The notes beneath the pieces are model-generated. The model was given only the letters and a program-made list of their open reading frames with translations, ran no database searches and had not been told where the DNA came from. This document shows, one piece after another, positions 60,838 to 64,000 of a DNA stretch of 64,000 nucleotides. Numbering within the stretch: position 1 is the first letter of the stretch; each line of letters begins with the position of its first letter. Location: positions 42,726 through 106,725 of IMG/VR virus record IMGVR_UViG_3300033141_002573, one strand, 5' to 3'. A program made the translations under genes and the position numbers. Source of the stretch: a virus.

Positions 60838-61596
60838 ATGATGCCTTACTGGAAAGACGAAAAGCATGACATCAGTATCTACCATGGTGATTGTCTTGAG
60901 GTAATACAGGAGTTGGACCAAACCTTTGACGTGTGCGTGGCGGATCCTCCGTACAATATAGGTTTTTCCTATGCGCAATACGATGATAGTCTACCTCATG
61001 ACGTATACCTCTCTCAACAGCTTGAGTTGGCCCGACTTGTAGGTGGGCTGCTTTCCAATGGGGGAAGTTTCTGGTATCTCAACTACCCAGAGTTTGCCGC
61101 ACGATTCTGGTCCGCAGTAGATAAGGCGGTCCCAACACTTACATGTACCGAATGGGTTACGTGGGTTTACCATCCTCACACCGGTGGCAGACCACTCAGA
61201 AAGGCATCACGTGTTTGGCTGTGGTTCTCGCGAGGCACTCCACGTTCTACGTCTTTCTATGGTACTTATCGGAATCCAAATGATAAGCGGATAATGCGGA
61301 AGATAGCAGCAGGGAAGTTGCCTATTGATATAGACTGGTGGCTTGACGAGCAGGTGAAGAACGTCTCCTCTGAAAAGACAAGTTTTCCATGCCAGGTTCC
61401 GACCGATCAAGTTCGGAAGATTCTGTATGGTGTCCACGCAGAGAAAGTCCTCGACCCATATCTTGGGAGTGGCACAACGTTGCTGGCGTGCTTACGGAAT
61501 GGTTGCAGTGGTGTTGGTATCGAGCTTGACGAGCAGTACTGTGAATTGGCAGCCAGCAGGTTGGAGCATGAAATAGCGCATGGTTCGCTATGGTAA
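60838..61596 (+). CDS. Beta-class DNA methyltransferase
   Basis: ADPPY, FPCQVP, DPYLGSGTT. Confidence 0.9.
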   Translation: MMPYWKDEKHDISIYHGDCLEVIQELDQTFDVCVADPPYNIGFSYAQYDDSLPHDVYLSQQLELARLVGGLLSNGGSFWYLNYPEFAARFWSAVDKAVPTLTCTEWVTWVYHPHTGGRPLRKASRVWLWFSRGTPRSTSFYGTYRNPNDKRIMRKIAAGKLPIDIDWWLDEQVKNVSSEKTSFPCQVPTDQVRKILYGVHAEKVLDPYLGSGTTLLACLRNGCSGVGIELDEQYCELAASRLEHEIAHGSLW

Positions 61597-61631
61597 TGGA
61601 AAACGCATATTCCATTGTTTGGAGTTAGATT

Positions 61632-63026
61632 GTGGCTGATATACGTCTACAGGCACTTAGGTATTGTGTTTCCATCGTCGCAGAGGATAACACAGAGTGC
61701 ATCGAACGCGCTCTTGCGTTGGGGTTAAAGCCTAAGCACCTTTACGCATGGCGTTCTCGTGCTCTTTCTCCAACACCGGAATCGAATCTGTGCCAGGCTG
61801 CCCTTGAGCACTTTAACGCTACAGGCGATATTCCTACGCTTGTTATAGTAAAGGATTGGGTCCTCAAGGGTGCAGCGAGGTCTGGAGTTTCCGAGGCCGC
61901 TGTTGAAGCCACACTTGGTGTTCTTGAGGCATTGCCACTTCTGCGTCAGGTCCCGTCCGAGGTTTCAACGGTTGTTCAGACACTTATTGACGACTACAGA
62001 CGGAACAAACTAACAGAGGAACTAACTGCGGTAGCAGATGGGTTGGTTCGGAGTGTTCCTATCTCAGAACTTACCCAGAGACTACACTCTATTGCAGATG
62101 GGGTCGACGACGTTGGAACAGACAATGATGGTGTCCACAGTGTTGCAGATAGTTGGAAGGAACGGTGGGAGCAATACGTAGCCGTCGAGCAGAACCCAAG
62201 ACAAGCCAGGGGTGTGATGCTAGGGTGGCTTGCGTATGATAGGCTAAGCAATGGGGTACGTCCTGGCGAGCTTTTGGTGGTTGCGGGTAATAGTTCTGTT
62301 GGGAAATCTGCATTCCAGTTGAGGTCTGCGCTCAACGCCTGGAAGTTGGACAACAGAAATGTTATGGTGGTGAACAAGGAGATGTCCAATCGAGTTCAGC
62401 ATCAGAGAATGGAAGCCATGGAGTTATCGGAACTGATGGGTGAACAGGTCAGCGTCGAGCGTCTCATGGCTGGAATTGAAATGGGTAAATTGGATAGTGC
62501 TAGTAGGGATGCTTACTACAGGCTTCTTGAGTCCTACGCTGATAGGACAAACCAGTTTTGGTTTGTCTCCCCCGATGCGTACGACACACTTGGGGACTTG
62601 GAAAGTATCGTAGGAAGGTATAAGCGCCGTTTTGGGCTTGATCTTCTATGCGCTGACAGTTTGAATCTACAGAGAGCACCAGGGACCAGAGGGATGGTGG
62701 GTGAGGAACTTGTTGGTGCTGGAGCGCAGTTCCTTAAGGACATGGCAGCCAGGCACAATATCGCCATCATAACAGATTGCCAGTCCCCAAAGGCATGTGC
62801 CAGTAAGGAGGTAGTGTCAAAGGAGGATGCTGTGGGGTATTCCCAGCGTATCATACACGCGGCTGACGACATCATACGGCTCTACCCCCGTGAGGGACCC
62901 TGGTTGGATGCTCAGGTCCTAAAGTGCCGTAGCGCTCAGTCAGATTATACGTTTACGCTGTACTTCGAGCCGTCGAGTATGCGTCTTGAATACTCCAACG
63001 GGCCTGAATCTGCCGGAGAACTTTAA
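61632..63026 (+). CDS. dnaB: DnaB-like replicative helicase
   Basis: GVRPGELLVVAGNSSVGKS, VNKEMS, LLCADSLNL, YSQRIIHAAD, VLKCRS. Confidence 0.88.
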   Translation: MADIRLQALRYCVSIVAEDNTECIERALALGLKPKHLYAWRSRALSPTPESNLCQAALEHFNATGDIPTLVIVKDWVLKGAARSGVSEAAVEATLGVLEALPLLRQVPSEVSTVVQTLIDDYRRNKLTEELTAVADGLVRSVPISELTQRLHSIADGVDDVGTDNDGVHSVADSWKERWEQYVAVEQNPRQARGVMLGWLAYDRLSNGVRPGELLVVAGNSSVGKSAFQLRSALNAWKLDNRNVMVVNKEMSNRVQHQRMEAMELSELMGEQVSVERLMAGIEMGKLDSASRDAYYRLLESYADRTNQFWFVSPDAYDTLGDLESIVGRYKRRFGLDLLCADSLNLQRAPGTRGMVGEELVGAGAQFLKDMAARHNIAIITDCQSPKACASKEVVSKEDAVGYSQRIIHAADDIIRLYPREGPWLDAQVLKCRSAQSDYTFTLYFEPSSMRLEYSNGPESAGEL

Positions 63027-63033
63027 TTTCTGC

Positions 63034-63062
63034 TTGACTTATTTCGGGATATGTGGTAGTGT
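63034..63062 (+). promoter_or_regulatory. sigma70-type promoter
   Basis: TTGACT-N17-TAGTGT with TG extension. Confidence 0.6.
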
Positions 63063-63101
63063 ATCCCCACTAGCAACCAACCACACCCATGGAAAACCTA
63101 T

Positions 63102-63578
63102 ATGCTTCAGTTCCGACATCACATAGAGATCCCCGAAAGTTTTACCCAACGTCCCATTCTTGATGTTGCAAGAGAGATAGGCCTAGAACCTGCCCACGAC
63201 TCAGGCCCGTGGTACACCTGCCTCTGTCCCGTTCACGGGGACACCACACCCTCGCTTCGTATCAACCTGGAAGGCTACTGGTGGTGTTTTGGATGTGCTC
63301 ATGGGGGAGATGCCCTTGAGTTAGTCTGGTGGATCAAGAAACATAGGGTTGATGGATTTACGCGAGTGGATGCCTACCTTGAGGTGGTTGATGATGTGGT
63401 TGATGGGGGTGCTAACGGTATCCTTGATAGATTGGCGGATGTTGGTGAGGGTGTGGACTTTGGCCCGCTAAGTCTCGCGGAGTTTGCAAGGTCTATTCGC
63501 GGTGCTCCCACCGAAACGGAACTGCGGTGGCTTGATGCCATCTGTCTACGAGGTGGAGTGTCACCGGCGAAGCTATAA
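63102..63578 (+). CDS. Primase CHC2 zinc-finger-only protein
   Basis: CLCPVHGDTTPSLRI...WWCFGCAHGGDALELV; stops at 158 aa with no TOPRIM domain. Confidence 0.8.
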   Translation: MLQFRHHIEIPESFTQRPILDVAREIGLEPAHDSGPWYTCLCPVHGDTTPSLRINLEGYWWCFGCAHGGDALELVWWIKKHRVDGFTRVDAYLEVVDDVVDGGANGILDRLADVGEGVDFGPLSLAEFARSIRGAPTETELRWLDAICLRGGVSPAKL

Positions 63579-63601
63579 CCTGTTGTCGGGAAAATGGAGG
63601 A

Positions 63602-63808
63602 ATGTCCGAGAGAGGAGATCACACCATGTCTGACTACCAGTTTCACGCTATCGTTGGCTTGATTTGGCTTGTTATTCTTTGGGTTATCCCTGTGGTTAAT
63701 GATGACCGTGGTGATGGGAGTTTGGGATGGGGGCCTGTTTTTGGCTTCATCCTCTCTATTGTTATGTGTGTTAGCCATTTTCTGGCAGCCATTGGCAGTG
63801 TGCCGTAA
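63602..63808 (+). CDS. Small two-helix membrane protein
   Basis: Two hydrophobic segments. Confidence 0.55.
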   Translation: MSERGDHTMSDYQFHAIVGLIWLVILWVIPVVNDDRGDGSLGWGPVFGFILSIVMCVSHFLAAIGSVP

Positions 63809-63845
63809 GCGGTTCAGTGTAAATGCCTAAGAGAGGAGGCCGTGA

Positions 63846-64000
63846 ATGGACGATTCTGCTACGGCGTACTTAATAGTATCAATGTTGTTAGGAGGGGCTG
63901 CGGGAAGCCTTGGCTTTGCAGCAACTACGGAAGAGGAACTCGGCTGGCGGATGTATCTTGGGGCGTTGTGTGGTACAAGTGTTGTTGCGGCTATTCAGTT
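63846..64000 (+). CDS. Membrane protein, truncated by window edge
   Basis: GAGGAGG RBS, hydrophobic open frame to the window end. Confidence 0.5.
   Translation, partial: MDDSATAYLIVSMLLGGAAGSLGFAATTEEELGWRMYLGALCGTSVVAAIQ

Noticed and set aside
1-64000. tRNA/rRNA genes, reverse transcriptase (DGR, retron, telomerase), tail sheath, DNA polymerase
   Set aside because: No recognisable motifs by eye in this window; tRNAscan-SE and HMM searches on the full genome are needed to exclude them.

Overview
64 kb of a tailed dsDNA phage (Caudoviricetes, siphovirus-like: tail tube, frameshifted tail chaperone, ~1150-aa tape measure, no sheath gene seen). The host cannot be assigned from this window. Layout: (i) 1-23 kb, minus strand: m4C methyltransferase, terminase, portal, ChaB/protease/scaffold fusion, capsid, a GT9 glycosyltransferase inside the head module, neck and tail genes. 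(ii) 23.7-24.6 kb: a sigma-factor-like gene. (iii) 24.6-25.1 kb: a ~205-bp telomere-like (GGGGTA/GGGGTT)n array between a bidirectional terminator and two leftward promoter-like motifs. (iv) 25-44 kb: more than 45 small plus-strand ORFs punctuated by a 27-bp bipartite motif TTTCCTRT-N9-TCGCARGTAG (16 copies found by eye, 23.6-34.0 kb) and a family of covarying hairpins, plus two beta-clamp-like genes. (v) 44-64 kb: ComM, tyrosine recombinase, UvsW-like helicase, a repeat-rich putative origin, degenerate DnaC, TSCPD protein, phosphoesterase, three more methyltransferases, PAPS-reductase family protein, holin/endolysin, DnaB and a primase zinc-finger-only protein, driven by canonical sigma70-type promoters. 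The best candidate for an undescribed system is the sigma-like gene, its apparent promoter regulon and a predicted C-rich (CCCCUA)n non-coding RNA transcribed across the G-quadruplex array. No tRNA, rRNA, CRISPR array or reverse transcriptase was seen. All protein calls are by-eye motif recognition, not database searches.
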